From: Octopus sinensis
Lineage: Eukaryota
Assembly (NCBI RefSeq): GCF_006345805.1
Contig: NC_043016.1
Location: forward strand, 2,542,001-2,606,000
Direction of reading: 5' to 3'
Length of the DNA: 64,000 nt
A program made the position numbers and the translations under genes. The notes under the pieces were generated by a model, which was not told the origin of the DNA, searched no databases, and was given only the letters and a program-made list of their open reading frames with translations. Below are positions 13,494 through 27,594 of this stretch, piece by piece. How positions within the stretch are numbered: position 1 is the first letter of the stretch; each line of letters opens with the position of its first letter.

Positions 13494-13685
13494 AGCTGCT
13501 GGCAGTGTCGTTTATCACGTCGAGCAAAATGCTTAGCGGATATTACGTCATCTTCACATTCTGAGTTCAAATTCTACCTAGGTAATCTTTGCTTTTCATC
13601 CTTTCGAGGTCGATAGACTGAGTACGAGTTGAGCACCAGAACCGACGTAATCGACTCTATCGAAATTGCTGGCCTTGTTATTGTC
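13494..13685 (+). mobile_element. S-A SINE, diverged
   Basis: GCTGGCAG...AAATGCTTAGCGG...CTGAGTTCAAATTC...TTTCATCCTTTCGAGGTCGATA. Confidence 0.7.
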
Positions 13686-14029
13686 ATTTTGGTATTGGTC
13701 CAACCAAGACTATAAATTGCAGGAGTTTGGCCGATATGCAGTGGTGCAGGTCTCAATCAGGACGATGGTGTTGCGGGCAGAACACCGTAGCCACATAGCC
13801 TTTAGTGTGTTCTTGTGATTGCCGTTCGTATTCTTGTTGTTGTTGTTATTGTCGTTTATGCTCTTGTTTTTGCTGCAGTTGTTGCCGATCTTCACACTGA
13901 CAACATCGTAATTATCAACACGATCAAATATTTTCTCCATTATTATGTTATTGGAGCTACAAAAATAATATCTTTGACTTCGTAATGTTGCTGTTGAAGT
14001 ATATTCACGCGTACAAGTACATGCAGAGC

Positions 14030-14128
14030 TTGTACCTATATATATGTATCTGTGTGTATGTGTGTATATATGTATATCACGTTGTTGTGTAATATATACA
14101 ATTTTATCCATATACATTCAGTATGTCC

Positions 14129-14211
<83 letters not shown>

Positions 14212-15155
14212 AGCCATACATATAACGGGTATATATGTGTCTGTGCATGTATGCGCATAGTTCTATACGTACAACTAGTGTGTGTGCGTTTGTATGTATG
14301 TAAATGTATACAACACAAGCACACACACATAAAGGTAAATAAATAGATAACCGCATATTTGTTTTTTTATTCATTTTATTTACACTTACATATGTGTATG
14401 TGTGCATGTATGTATATATATATATATATATGTATATGTATATGTGCGAATTTATGTTTGCATGTATATTTGTAGATATTTATGTAAATTCATATTTACA
14501 GAAAGTGAAGAAGTGGGCAAAGAACCAGAGATAGAGGGTTAAACACTAGAGAGATGTATGTTTATATTATATATATAAAAGATATATATATATATATATA
14601 TATAAAAAAGATATATATATATATATACATATATACAAATATACATATATATATACGTATATACAAATATACATATATATATATACGTCTTCATTTAATC
14701 ATATGCCTGGGAATTACATGATTGGAAATATTTATTCAGATATTTACTCGGAAAGAGAAAGTTGGGGAGATAGAGAGTGGGAGAATGAAGGGCTGAAAGG
14801 GAGAGACAGAGTGGGGGGAGAGAAAACAAGAGAGGATAAAAATGTGAAAGTGAGGGAGAGAGAGAGTTGTTTTCCAATTTCTTATGAACATTACAAGGTG
14901 TCCTGGTTACAATGAAGAAGAAAAATATAGAATAAATAAAATAAAATAAAATAAAAAAAATAAAAAGAAAACAGAAAGCAAAAGCAAAAAGAAATGTAAA
15001 CAAAACAAATTGCATGGAAAGGTTTGGCTGTGCGGATCATATCATATCGAGTTCATTTCAACCTTAACTATCCCTTTCAACTCTTCCTCCAACCCTCTCC
15101 TCCCTACCTTTTCTCTCTCTTTCCTTCCCACTCTCTTTCTCCTACCTTCCCACCT

Positions 15156-15227
<72 letters not shown>

Positions 15228-16573
15228 TTATATCTTTCTTTCCTTCGGTTCTTTCTCTCTCTTTCTCTATTTCTCTCGGTTCTCTCTCTCTCTCTCTTCT
15301 CTCTTTCTCTCTCTCTCTCTCTCTCACCGGGGTTTTTATATAGGAAGACATCACCATTTGATGTATGAGATGAATAAGAGGAATGAAAAGGCTCTATTTC
15401 ATGTTTCACTAGATCGTGTCTGTCCACAGACTCGTAGGTTTTTGTAACGTTTTGTAGAAAGTCGTCAGAGCTTGGAAAACACCCTCTAAGGTTACTTCCG
15501 CCTCTGTAATGTCCAACACGTTTCACTCGTCTATATTGAGTGTAATATATTAAACACAATTGCTTTCAAGTTATTTGTTACAAGCTGTTCCTGAACTGCA
15601 GATTTTTCTAATATTATTTTTAGAATTATCTTTACATCTAAGTTGTAAATTATTTTCGTTCGTTACAAATAAAGCCCCCACCATCACCACCAACCTGCAC
15701 CCTCAACACAATGGAGATACTGACAGGAAGGCAATTTTGTTGATTTCGCTAATATGAGATATGTGTTTGGGTTGTTATTATTTTCTTTTCTTTTTTTTAT
15801 ATGTTTTAATATTTTTTTTTTCTCTCTCTTCGTTTCTGTTCGTGTGTGTTTGCCATGTATGTCCATGTTAGCGAATCTGAGTATGCCTATATGTGCAAAT
15901 AAAGCCATACATATATACAATATATAGATATAGATGCAGGTACCGAAATACCTAATTTTATAGATGTGTGTTATATATATATATATATATGTGTGTGGTG
16001 TGTATATGTGAGTGTGTATGTATGATACACACACACACACATATATATATATATATGTATGTATATATTTATATAATACATATGTATATTATGTATTAAT
16101 ATTATATATATATGCACAAAGCTTCATAGCTTCATTAACATTATGTAGTTGTTAATACACTCACAGAAATACACATATACATAAAACTATCTCTTATAAG
16201 TTTGTGTGTGTGTGTGTGTGTGTGTTTCTGTTCGTCTACATGCATATAATATCCAGTCATTACATGGGTCTACACAGTGAATAGCTATGTTATATGCATT
16301 TCAGTAAAGTAAATAACAAATGATGTAAATGATATATGCATCCTATTTTGCTGAACACATTAAACATACACTTATACACATAATGAGCACACGCGTACAC
16401 ACGTATATACAAAATACATGCATTTAAAAGCGTATGCTTATATATACACACTTATATATGTACATATATATGCATATACATATATATATATATCGGTTTG
16501 TATGCATATTATATATGTATATGTATGCATGTATGTATATTATATATGTTATGGTGTGTGCTTTCGTGCGTAG

Positions 16574-16606
<33 letters not shown>

Positions 16607-17650
16607 GGGGGCAAGGTATATATATATATATACATAAACATATATGTACACATAACATACATATATAACATACATATGTATGTATATATAATATATAGAT
16701 ATATAATATATATATATGTAGTATGTATGTATGTATGTATGTATGTATGTATGTATGTATGTATGTATGTATGTATGTATGTATGTATGCTTAGATTCAC
16801 AAACCACTTAAGATTGACTAACATGAACCGCACGCATCCTTTTGGTGTGAGGAAATAATCGGATTTACCAACATACATATTTGCATAATTTACGAACATA
16901 TGTGAGCATGTGGGTATTTAAGTATGTTGAATTGCATATAAATATGTACACACACACACATACACACACACACCACACAGACACATATATATATATATAT
17001 ATTATATATATATATATATATATCTTATATATTATATATGTATATATACATATATAATATACCTATATATATATGTATATGTATATATTCATATATATGT
17101 ATATTCATATGCTTTTGGATATATTGATAGAAATATGCATTCTTAACAAATACCTATAAGAAATTAATATAATATATATATATATATATCTATATATCTA
17201 TATATATATATATATGTGTGTTTTTGTGTGGGTGTGTACATACATAAATATGAACACACGTATGTATGCAAACATACATTAATATTTATGCCTATGTAAT
17301 ATGTATGTATATAGGTGTGTGTCTGTGTGTATATAGGTATGTATGCATGCACATATATATATCAATTGACATATACTATATAAATACTATATATAAATAT
17401 ATGTATGTGTATATATATATACATATAATATATATTACATATATACACATACACATACATATACATGTGCGGATATATGTGTATTTGTGTTCGTACACTT
17501 AAATACTACTCTCTTCCACTCTCCCACAAAAACATATACAGATATACATGCCCATGTTTTTTTCTTATATATATACACACTTATACACATTCAATGTGAA
17601 TGCGTCTGTACATGTTTAAGTATGTTCATACGCATGTTCATACATACATA
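14030..17650. repeat. Microsatellite-rich zone: (TA)n, (TATG)n, (CT)n, (CA)n
   Basis: Multiple visible tracts with short unique spacers. Confidence 0.9.
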
Positions 17651-18452
17651 TGTTAATTTCGAATTCTCATTTCATTAAATATTGGTATAAGTTAAGATGA
17701 AAGAAAATAACCCCAAGAAAACGATATGTTTTGGAAACACTACCATAGAACAAGTTGATAGGCAAATGAAGCATGAAATATGAATTTTTACACTCGCAAC
17801 TTATCGACAGATGCATTCAGTCCATAACATTTCAATAACGACTCGGAAAATTGCAATCCTGCATTCCAAACACTATTTTAACATGGAAATGAATAACAGG
17901 ATGGATTTTTTTTTAGTTATCATTATCATCGGGATTATTATTTTTGTTGTTGTTATTATCGTTAATTTTATTTATTTATTGTTATTATTAATACTATTTG
18001 TAATTATTGAATGAGGGTTAATGTGCAGACGGTGGATCTGCTTTCGAGGATAATTTGGATAAAGATGGGTGAGAACTGCAAGATTAGCCTTCAGGTGACA
18101 GATAAGCCTCCGCGTAATTTCAGCCTCTTGTTCGGAAAACAACACTATGTATGAGCACTCACAGTGGTCTTAGATTTGTAAGTCCCACTGAAATTTCACT
18201 TCTCAATCACCACCATTATCATTATCATCAGCATACTTTTTTTTTTTTTGTCTTTAGGGCATTGGATCTGCAAAATATGTTTCGCAATATTATTCCCACT
18301 CTTTGCTTACATTATTAGTGTAAGTACCGAACGGTAAGTCAACTTTATTTTAACATGTCTTCGAGGCCATGATGGTATTAACTTATGCTCTTCTATCCAA
18401 ACTGCTCCTTGGGCTCCTATCAGAAATTATTTATTATTATTATATTATTATG

Positions 18453-18505
<53 letters not shown>

Positions 18506-18684
18506 CATCTCATCATTATTATTATTATTATTATTATATTATTAGTATATTATTATTATTATTATTATTATTATCTGTTGTTGTGTTGTTGTTGTTGGTG
18601 TTATTATTATTATGTTATTATTAATATATTATTATTATCATCATCATCATCATTATTATTGTTATTATTATTATTATTATTATT

Positions 18685-20824
18685 CTATGTTTGACTTTTC
18701 TTTATGTTTGTATAAGTTGGATCCAAGTCTCACCCAGACACCTCAAGAGACAACAGTTTGGAAGTTCACGTTGTTGTTATGCCTAGTGTGCCATATATTT
18801 CGGGGTATTTTTTTGGTGTTGTACTAGTGAATGTCTAATACATAAATATAAAAAAAAAGTTTGTCTTAAACCTTGGGATTACATAGAGAGTATTTTGCGT
18901 AGGATATGAGCAGTTCCCATGAGCACTATCTTTGAATTTTTGCCATTTTAGGTTTCCTGTTTCCTTGGTATCTGAGTTAGGTAGCAATCAGTCCCTTTCG
19001 CTATCATTCCCAGGGCACCTATGACACAGGTATTGTTTTAGTCTTCAGTTCCACATTTTGCTGATTTCTATTTCAAGATCTTTATATTTGCTCAGTTTCT
19101 GGTAGGTCTAGACAGATACGTTTATATCGATTGGGACAGTCATATCAATGAGGAGGCATGTTCTTTGTCTGAAGTCTTTCAATATGATGTCTGGCCTATT
19201 TGCATCTATCTTTCTATCAGTTTGAATGGTGAAGTTCCAGAGGAGTGAGATGTGGTCATTTTCAAGCACTGGAGGTGGATTGTGTTCCCACCAGTTTTTT
19301 CATGGGGCAAATCCAGGTTTTTGCAGTGAATATATTGTGCAGTTCTATCATGCCTGTTGAGGTACTCTGTAGGCGCTAGAAGACTGCATTTGGAGACGAC
19401 ATTTTGTTTCATTTTGTTGTCGGCATACACGACATGTTTGGCTACTGCCCTTCTTTAATATGTTGGCCTGGTAGTTTCTTGTTGGTAGGCATTGATCTTG
19501 AGCTGCTATGATAAACCCTTCTGTTTCAGATTTTAAGCCAGAGGCCATTAGCCATTGATGGGTCAGGGCTTGTCAATATCTACATTATTCGCTCTCTTTG
19601 GGTATTTGCCATAGAGAGATTTTTCTTGCCATTTATTATCAGAATATCTAAGGCCGCAGTTTTGGCACGGGTTTTCATGCGCCTAGCTTTTCTGTGCTTG
19701 TTTCTTGTATGTTTATCTCTAATTCCGAAATTGGTTGTATCGGAATTCACTTAGATGTACCTTTGCCTGTTTGTCACTGAGTATGATGCTTTCGTGTTTT
19801 CATGTTTTGAAACAAGTTTTAACATCCAGTCCTCAGACTTTTTCAGGTAGGTGTCTAGGCCAATTGCAGCAATCTTCATCGTTATTGCCAGTTGCAAAAG
19901 ACCACGTCTTCCCTCTTTTCTTGGCAGATAAATTCGTTCTGTATCTGCCTTAGGGTGGTGCATTCTATGCATTGTCAACAGTTTTCTTATTTTTCCGTCG
20001 AGCTGACATATTTCAGTAATTGACCAGTTAACGATATTGAAACTGTAAGTCACGACTGGTATGGCTAATGCATTGATCGCTTCGATCCTGTTTCTTGCAT
20101 TCAGCTCTGTCTTGAGTATTGCTCTCACTCTTCGATAGCATTCTCTCCTGATCCTTTCCTTCATCTCTGAATGCCTTATTCCGTTCCCTTCAATTACTCC
20201 TAGGTACTTGTAGCTCTCCGCTGGGTCTAGTTCTTTTATGACATTCTGCTGGTCAATGTTAACGTTAGATGTTTCTGTCATTTTTCCTTTGATAAAGGGA
20301 GCTTTTGCACATTTATCGAGGCCGAATTGCATTCTGATGTCGTCACTGAATTTTTTTTACTATCGCTAGTAAGCCCTTGAGTTGTTGGTCATTTTTTGCA
20401 AAAAGCTTTAAATCATCCATGTAAATGAGATGATTTATATTTTTATCAAACATTTTATACCCGTACCGCGCGTCATTGAGCAATTTTGAGAGAGGCATTA
20501 AGGCTAAACAAAAGTGGAGTGGTGACAGTGAGTCACCCTGGAAAATGCCACACGAAATTTTTACATCACCAGCATTTAGGGATTCATTGTCACTCTTCAG
20601 AGTTAGTGTGGTTCTCCATGATCTCATACTTACAGTCAAAAAGTTTCGCAGAGTAGGTGCTATCTTATACATTTCCAGGCATTTCCTAATCCAGCTATGT
20701 GGTAGGCTATCAAAAGTCTTTTTATAGTCTATATAGGCTATTGATGAGTTTTTGTGTCGTTTGTGACAATCTTCTTAGATCATCTTATTGATGAGTGTAG
20801 TTGATCTTTACAGCCGTAGGATCC
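18685..20824 (-). mobile_element. 5'-truncated R4/Dong-like LINE (about 2.1 kb) with RT, CCHC knuckle and RLE domains
   Basis: GSYGCKDQL..IDYKKTFDSLPHSW, GIFQGDSLSPL, HLIYMDDLKLFAK, QFGLDKCAK, GLKSETEGFIIAAQDQ..CRVC and RPDIILKDF; (TAA)n lies on the element strand at both ends. Confidence 0.92.
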
Positions 20825-20901
20825 ATTATTATTATTATTATTGTTGTTGTTGCTGTTGTTTGTTGTTGTTATTATATTATTATTATTATATTATTATTAT
20901 G

Positions 20902-20938
<37 letters not shown>

Positions 20939-20967
20939 TATTATTATTATTATTATTATTATCATCG

Positions 20968-21822
20968 TCATTTACTTTTAATCTGCATGTTGATGCAATC
21001 ACCTGCCGGGGCACACCCAGCGCCCAGGCAAGTGAAGGTTAAGAGTTGTTGAAATATAGCTGAAAGCTTGGGGAGGGAAGTAGAGAAATATCTCCATGTA
21101 ATACAAACACAAACATTTACATTGAAGGGTTTTCTAAGGATGTGGGCAGTACTTGTTAGCACAATCTTTTGGATTTCTTGAGACATGGTTCTCCAGGGAT
21201 ATTTTCTAGGTTTTTCTGACATCCCTTTTTTATCATACCTAGGGCACCTACAATAACAGGAACATTTTTTGTTTTAAGATTCCACATCTTTTGTATTTCG
21301 ATTTCCAGGTCCTTATATTTACTAAGATTGTCAAATTCTTTACAGATACATTTTATCAGTGGGGACGCTTACCTCTATTAGTCTGCAGGTTTTTTCCTTC
21401 CCTGTCTTTAAACATTATGTCTGGTCGATTAGCCTTGATCATTCTGTCAGTGTTGACTGGAAAATCCCAGAGGATGGTGACATCTTTACCTTCAACAACT
21501 GGCTGAGGATGGTGTTCATACCAGTTAGCAGGAGTGTCGGATTTGTAGTGTTTACATATCTTCCAATGTATATACTGTCCTACCCTATCGTGGCGATTTT
21601 TGTATTCGTTTGTGTCAGCACAGGACATCCCGAAACGAGATGGTCTATTGTTTCGTCAAATGTGTCGCAGAATCTGCATTTAGGGTCAGTACGTTTCGGA
21701 GAACGTTAGCCTGGTAATTCTGGTAAACAAGCTTTGATCTTGTGCTGCCATTATGAAACCTTCAGTCTCTGCTTTCAATCCTGAATCTTCAGCCACTGAG
21801 GGTTGTTGCTTGGTCTACATCA

Positions 21823-21823
<1 letters not shown>
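20968..21823 (-). mobile_element. 5'-truncated R4/Dong-like LINE 3' fragment (knuckle, RLE, 3' UTR)
   Basis: GLKAETEGFIMAAQDQS, RHDRVGQYIHWKICKHY, WDFPVNTDRMIKANRPDI, QKIVLTSTAHILRK; flanked by (ATT)n tracts. Confidence 0.88.
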
Positions 21824-21861
<38 letters not shown>

Positions 21862-21946
21862 GTTGTTGTTGTGTTGTTGTTGTTGTTGTGTTGTGTTGTT
21901 GCTGCTGCTGTTGTTGTGTTGTTTAGTTGTTGTTGTATTATTATTA

Positions 21947-21977
<31 letters not shown>

Positions 21978-22063
21978 GTTATTACTATTATTATTATATT
22001 ATTATTATATTATTATTATTATTATTATTATTATATTATTATTATTTTATTATTATTTTAAAT

Positions 22064-22278
22064 AGGAGGCATGTAGGCAGAATTGTGAGCAAGCCGTTTA
22101 AAAATGCTTAGCGGCATATCTTCTGTTTTTACGTTCTGAGTTCAAATTTCTCCGAGATAGACTTTGCCTTCATCCTTTCAGGCTCGAGAAGATAGGTACC
22201 AGCTGAACACTGGAGTCGATGTATCGACTTAGCCTTTTCAGAAACTGCTGACCTTGTGCCAAAAATTTGAAATCAATA
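22064..22278 (+). mobile_element. S-A SINE, diverged, inside an (ATT)n tract
   Basis: GGCAGAATTGT...TGCTTAGCGG...TTCTGAGTTCAAATTTC...CTTCATCCTTTC. Confidence 0.7.
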
Positions 22279-22386
22279 TTATTATTGTGCCCGAAACAGA
22301 AATTATTATTACCATTATTAATATTGTTATTATTGTTATTATTAATATTATATATTATTATTATATTATTATTATTATTATTATTA

Positions 22387-22421
<35 letters not shown>

Positions 22422-22451
22422 TATATTATTATATTATTATTATTATTAATT

Positions 22452-22650
22452 TATGTTTGACTTTTGCTTTATATTTGTACAAGTGACACCAAGTCACCCA
22501 GAGAGACCTCAAGAGACAACAAGTTAGAGTTCAAGTTGTATTATGCTTAGAGTGCATACATTTGGTTTTGTACCTAGTATTGTTCTAGAGAATGCTTAAG
22601 AAACATAAGAAAATTGTAATGTTTTTAAAACTTGGGGGTTTCCTGGTATC
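22452..22650 (-). mobile_element. Short 3'-end fragment of the same R4/Dong-like subfamily as 18685-20824
   Basis: TATGTTTGACTTTT...CACCCAGAGAGACCTCAAGAGACAAC aligns by eye with 18686-18760; (ATT)n on both sides. Confidence 0.7.
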
Positions 22651-22742
22651 TAATATTATATTATTATTATTATTATTATTATATTATTATTATTTATTAT
22701 TATTATTATTATAATTATTATTATTATTATTATTATTATTAA

Positions 22743-22773
<31 letters not shown>

Positions 22774-22804
22774 GTTATTATTAGTATATATAATAATAAT
22801 AATA

Positions 22805-22845
<41 letters not shown>

Positions 22846-22957
22846 GTTACTATTATTATTATTATAATTATTATTTTATTATTATAATTATTATTATTAT
22901 TATTATTAATATTATTATTATTATATTATTATTATTATTATTTTATTATTATTATTA

Positions 22958-23157
22958 AGGCGGTGAGCTGCCAGAATTTTAGCACTCCGGACGAATGTTT
23001 AGCGGTATCGTCTGCCGCTACGTTTTTTGAATTCAAATCCGCCGGGGTCGACTTCGCCTTTCATCCTTTCAGATCTATAAAATAGGTAAACAGTTACGCA
23101 TTGGGTTCGATGTAATTGACTTAATCCCGCCCCACCAAAACTGACCTTGTTAGCAAA
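22958..23157 (+). mobile_element. S-A SINE inside an (ATT)n tract
   Basis: AAGGCGGTGAGCTGCCAGAA...GAATTCAAATCCGCCGGGGTCGACTTCGCCTTTCATCCTTTC. Confidence 0.8.
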
Positions 23158-23254
23158 AATTATTATTATTATTATTATTATTATCATTGTTGTTGTTGTT
23201 GTTGATGTATTATTATTATTTTATTATTATTATTTCTTATTATTATTTTTTTTT

Positions 23255-23698
23255 TTTCTTCTTTCAAATTTGCTTCCATTTTGCCGAGTGTCTTCCGACT
23301 CCTAGGGCAAGAGAAACTCATAGTGTACATTGGTAGGCCATAAACTAAACAAATGTCGTTCATTTTTTTAAGTTAAATTAAAATACATGAGCAGCAACAG
23401 TTCTCACACTCGACAATGCTCTTCTCAATACGTTGATGTACCAGTTAAGACAAATCTTTGCACTTCTTGCAGGGTGGTAAGCCAGGGATATTCTCATATA
23501 ATTTTCGGTTCCCTTTGATCATTCCTAGTGCTCCTACGATCACTGGTATTGTATCCGCCTTGAGATGCCACATTTTCTCATTTCAATGAGTAGGTCTTTA
23601 TATTTTCTGAGCTTGTCAAACTCTTTCGCTGAGATATTATGATCACAGGGGATGCTCATGTCAATCAATAAGCAAACTTTATTGTTTTGGTCTTTCAA
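23255..23698 (-). mobile_element. R4/Dong-like LINE 3' fragment (RLE C-terminus and 3' UTR)
   Basis: Minus strand encodes CLLIDMSIPCDHNISAKEFDKLRKYKDL..IPVIVGALGMIK; flanked by (ATT)n. Confidence 0.78.
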
Positions 23699-23727
23699 AT
23701 TATTATTATTATTTATTATTATTATTA

Positions 23728-23762
<35 letters not shown>

Positions 23763-23774
23763 TATTATATTATA

Positions 23775-24721
23775 ATTGCCTTTGCACAGTTTCTAACACT
23801 GGAGATGTACTATAGTGTCAGCTGTTCACTACCAGTGAACTAAGGTAACACCTCTTATTTTTTGTGCACCTTCCGGAATATTTGAGGGATTCCAAGCAGT
23901 GGTCTTTCTGAAGTGCTCACCCTTATTGCAGCCCCAATTCTTCCACGTACTTCTCGAGATTTTTGCTCACTGTTCCCAGGGCACCGACAGTTTTTGGTAC
24001 TACCGCTACCTTTTTCATCGACCTCAACTGCTTAACTTCCCAAGCTAACCTGTAACATATCTCGACTTTTCTTTCTACTTACTCGCATATCTCTTTGTCA
24101 GCTGGGCATGCTATGTTATGATCCAGCATAGCTTGTTTTCTTTCCTAATTAAGACTATGGCGGCTTCCTATTCTAAATATCATGGTCGCTCTGAATCATA
24201 AAATCCTATCGGATTTTATATTTCTATTTTCGACGATGCCTTCAGGTTTCTGGTCTACCAATTTTTTGCTCTGTCAAGTCCATATTGTTGCAAAGTGTCC
24301 AACGGACAAGCCTGGCACATTGTCGTGGCGTCTCTTATAATCTTATGGGCTAATGGGTACATTGGCTGGTAATATGCCATACGGTTTCACCGTTTTGTCC
24401 ACAGATTCTGCACTTAGAACTTTCTGATGTGTTGTCTATTCTGTATTTTTATAGTTTGTTCTTAGTGCTTGCTTGTGAGCAGCACAGATAGAGCCTCAGT
24501 TTCCGGTTTTAAATCCCTTTAGTCATCCACAGCCATCTTTTTCCTCTGTCTGTCTTATCTTCAACATCCCTATGAAATTGTCATGCATTCTTTTATTTAC
24601 CCATATATTTTCAGTTTTATTCATTTTCAATTTCTTGTACAATGTTTATCTTTGCAATCTTTCATCCTATACAAGCCTAAGTTTTACTTCTAATAACTGC
24701 GGGTTCTGTGGCATTTTTTAC
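23775..24721 (-). mobile_element. R4/Dong-like LINE 3' part of a distinct subfamily, running into the assembly gap
   Basis: Frameshifted RWLWMTKG..KPETEAL, CRICGQNGETVWHIT, RRHDNVARLV and VGALGTVSKNLEKYVEEL on the minus strand. Confidence 0.78.
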
Positions 24722-24821
24722 NNNNNNNNNNNNNNNNNNNNNNNNNNNNNNNNNNNNNNNNNNNNNNNNNNNNNNNNNNNNNNNNNNNNNNNNNNNNNNN
24801 NNNNNNNNNNNNNNNNNNNNN
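24722..24821. other. Scaffold gap (100 N)
   Basis: Exactly 100 N, typical of a placeholder of unknown size; distances across it are unreliable. Confidence 0.99.
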
Positions 24822-24996
24822 GAGAGAAAGAAGTGGCAAAGAGCTCGCCGTGCATCTTCTGTTTTACTTCATCACAACATATGAATGAAAAAGGAAGGGT
24901 GATGTTTGAATATTGAAGGAAAAGGTGAAAAAAAGTCAGTGTTTCAATTCTGTGTGAGTATATGTGTGTGTATGTAAAAGGGTGGTATGTAAATGC

Positions 24997-25057
<61 letters not shown>

Positions 25058-25206
25058 TGTTTGTGCAATGGAAATGGGATGGTGAATGTTCAACACTGTA
25101 AAGAAAAATCAAACAGCATTTCAACTCTGTGTGAGTGTATGTGTGTATGTGTGCATGTACAAGGGAAGTATGTGAATGTTTGTGTGATTATTATGTACCT
25201 TATTTT

Positions 25207-25240
<34 letters not shown>

Positions 25241-25445
25241 ACATATATATATATATATATATATATAAACATAATACTACGATTAGCTGTCATTTTGATG
25301 GTACAGGGTCAGCTAGTATGTATATATATATATATATATATATATAAACTTGTAAAACTCTGAGGATTCCACGGCTTTCACAAAAACAGAAAAGAACAGA
25401 ATTAACTTTTGTTACCTGTTGTTATTGTGATTATGGAACCGAATA

Positions 25446-26288
25446 CTAGGTGGTATCAAAAAGTTCCCGGACTAGTTCTGTAGCGCGTCCAATGTACGGC
25501 AGCAAACTGTTGCCTGCGCATTGAGAGATAGCACAGTGAACTTCATGCGGAAGTGTGCCGAGTGGCATCGCTGTTTGCTTCGCAAGTTATAAAATATGTT
25601 TTCTGATCACGTGTATGTTGTAGTCTGCAATTTTGTCATGGACAGGAACAAAGAGCCAACATGAAATTTTGTGTTAGACTTGCTACAGAGACATTGAACA
25701 TGATTTGGCAAGCTTACGGCGACGAAGCAGTGGGTCGTGTGCAGTGTTTCGAGTGACACGGTCGCTTCAAAAGCGGAAGAAGATGAACAATCTAGAAGAC
25801 CTTCCACGAGCGTCACCCCCGGAAATGTGATATTGTGTACCGAGAATTTGTGCCCTCAGGGCCAACCGCAAATCGAGAGGGCATTCAGTGAAAGCAACCG
25901 GATCTGTGGAGCGCGAAGAGTAAGTTTTTTTCTCGACGACAATGCACCCTGTTATCGACCTATTCTCACTCGTAAGTATCTCACCAAAAAGTAACATTGT
26001 TTCCCTTCCGTACCTGCCCTCTTCGCCAGATCTAACACATGCAGGTTTCCATCTCTTCCACAAAATGAAAATGCAGCTATTTGTAGAGATCTGGAGCGTA
26101 TCGCAGAAGGTCTTGGACTCGCTTACGGAAAACGACTTCTAGGCCGGATTCCAAAAGTGATAGGAAAGCTGGGACCGATGAATTGCTGCGCATGGAGACT
26201 ATTGCGAAGGAGGTTATGTCAAAACTTAGGTAAATAGATTATCTTTTATTAAACATAACTAGACCGGGAACCTTTTGATTCTACCTCG
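25446..26288 (+). mobile_element. Internally deleted mariner element with both terminal inverted repeats
   Basis: TA|CTAGGTGGTATCAAAAAGTTCCCGGACTA at the left and TAGACCGGGAACCTTTTGATTCTACCTCG|TA at the right; remnant peptides AYGDEAVGRVQCFE, DDNAPCYRP, PYLPSSPDLT. Confidence 0.88.
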
Positions 26289-27399
26289 TAGAAGAAAAGA
26301 GTCTGACAGATTCGGAGAGAAAATGATATAGGTCATCGAAGAAGAGAGAGAGAGAGAAATGGAGGGCAAATAAGTGTAAGTTGAGGTGCTAAAAGTGGAA
26401 GGGGAAGAAAAGGAGTAGGAGAGAAGCTCCGAAGAATGGATAGAGGCAAGGTTATCATCATACACATGCTCGTGCACACAAACATGCGTATGCATACGCA
26501 CCTACATACACACGAATGAACATATATGCATACATACACTGAGATTTGTTTAGGCGACGATGTTGGTGGAAATGTGCTTTTGTTTGTGCTTTTTTGTTAT
26601 TTGTTTTTGTTTTGTTTTGTTGTTTGTTCCGACAACGAATGAGTTATTTTTGTGAGCTAAAATTCTATTCAAAATTATTATACCTTATGATTCAACCCAT
26701 GCCCTTTATCGTAAATATCTGACATCGGGCGACGGGGTCTCCGCCACTAAAACTACTAACAAGAAACAACAGCAGAAAAGAAAATATCATCAACGCCACC
26801 ACAGCACCCATTTACCATTTCCAATCCTTATGTTTTATCTTTCCCTTTTCTCTGGTCTTCTTGTTCTTTCATTTGAGTTACTTACCTTAGCTTGACGCAG
26901 AAGATATATACATTGTAGTAATACATAGGTGTCACTCATTGAATTTAATACTCTATCTTTTCTTTAATAAGGTATTTGTAACTCACAACATTATTAAATA
27001 TGTTAATACAAACTTAACTATTGTCTTTCATATGGCTGTCGTCTTTCAGTAATTAACGCTCAGGATTTTTTATATATATATATAAATATTTCAGATACTC
27101 CTGCTCGCATCTACTTCCTTTCATCACTACTTCACCTCATACAGGGAAATGTATTTGCTGAAAAGTTCTAACAAGGCTGAAACAATTTAGGAGTTATCAA
27201 CAGTCGTCTCCCGTACATGCACGATGTCTATAAATGATAAAATTCATTGAACTAATCGTTAGTTTTTCGTCTTCACATTAAGGTTTCTAATTAGATCGTT
27301 TAATGTTTTTAAGTACTTTTACAGAGACATCCAATGTCTCTGCGAGTGACATCAACGTTATGTCAGACCCTCTTAATCTGTTTCATATAAAATATAGCA

Positions 27400-27594
27400 C
27401 AGATAACCGTTTAATAACCGTTTGGCTATGAATTTGCTTCGAACTCAGTCCCACTGATTGACACTTTGGGCAAGTTTCTTCTACTCTATAGCCCAAAACT
27501 GAATGATCTCTTGTGAGTGGATTTGGTAGATGTATACCGTGTAGAAGCCTGTTGTATGTGTACATATGTGTGGTATGCGTGTATTTGTATCTGT
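27400..27594 (-). mobile_element. S-B SINE head fragment
   Basis: CTCAGTCCCACTGATTGACACTTTGGGCAAGTTTCTTCTACT resembles the S-B head; orientation and extent are only roughly resolved. Confidence 0.5.

Noticed and set aside
15510-15550. Minus-strand hairpin followed by GAAACGUGUU
   Set aside because: No CUGANGA or UUGANAA core upstream.
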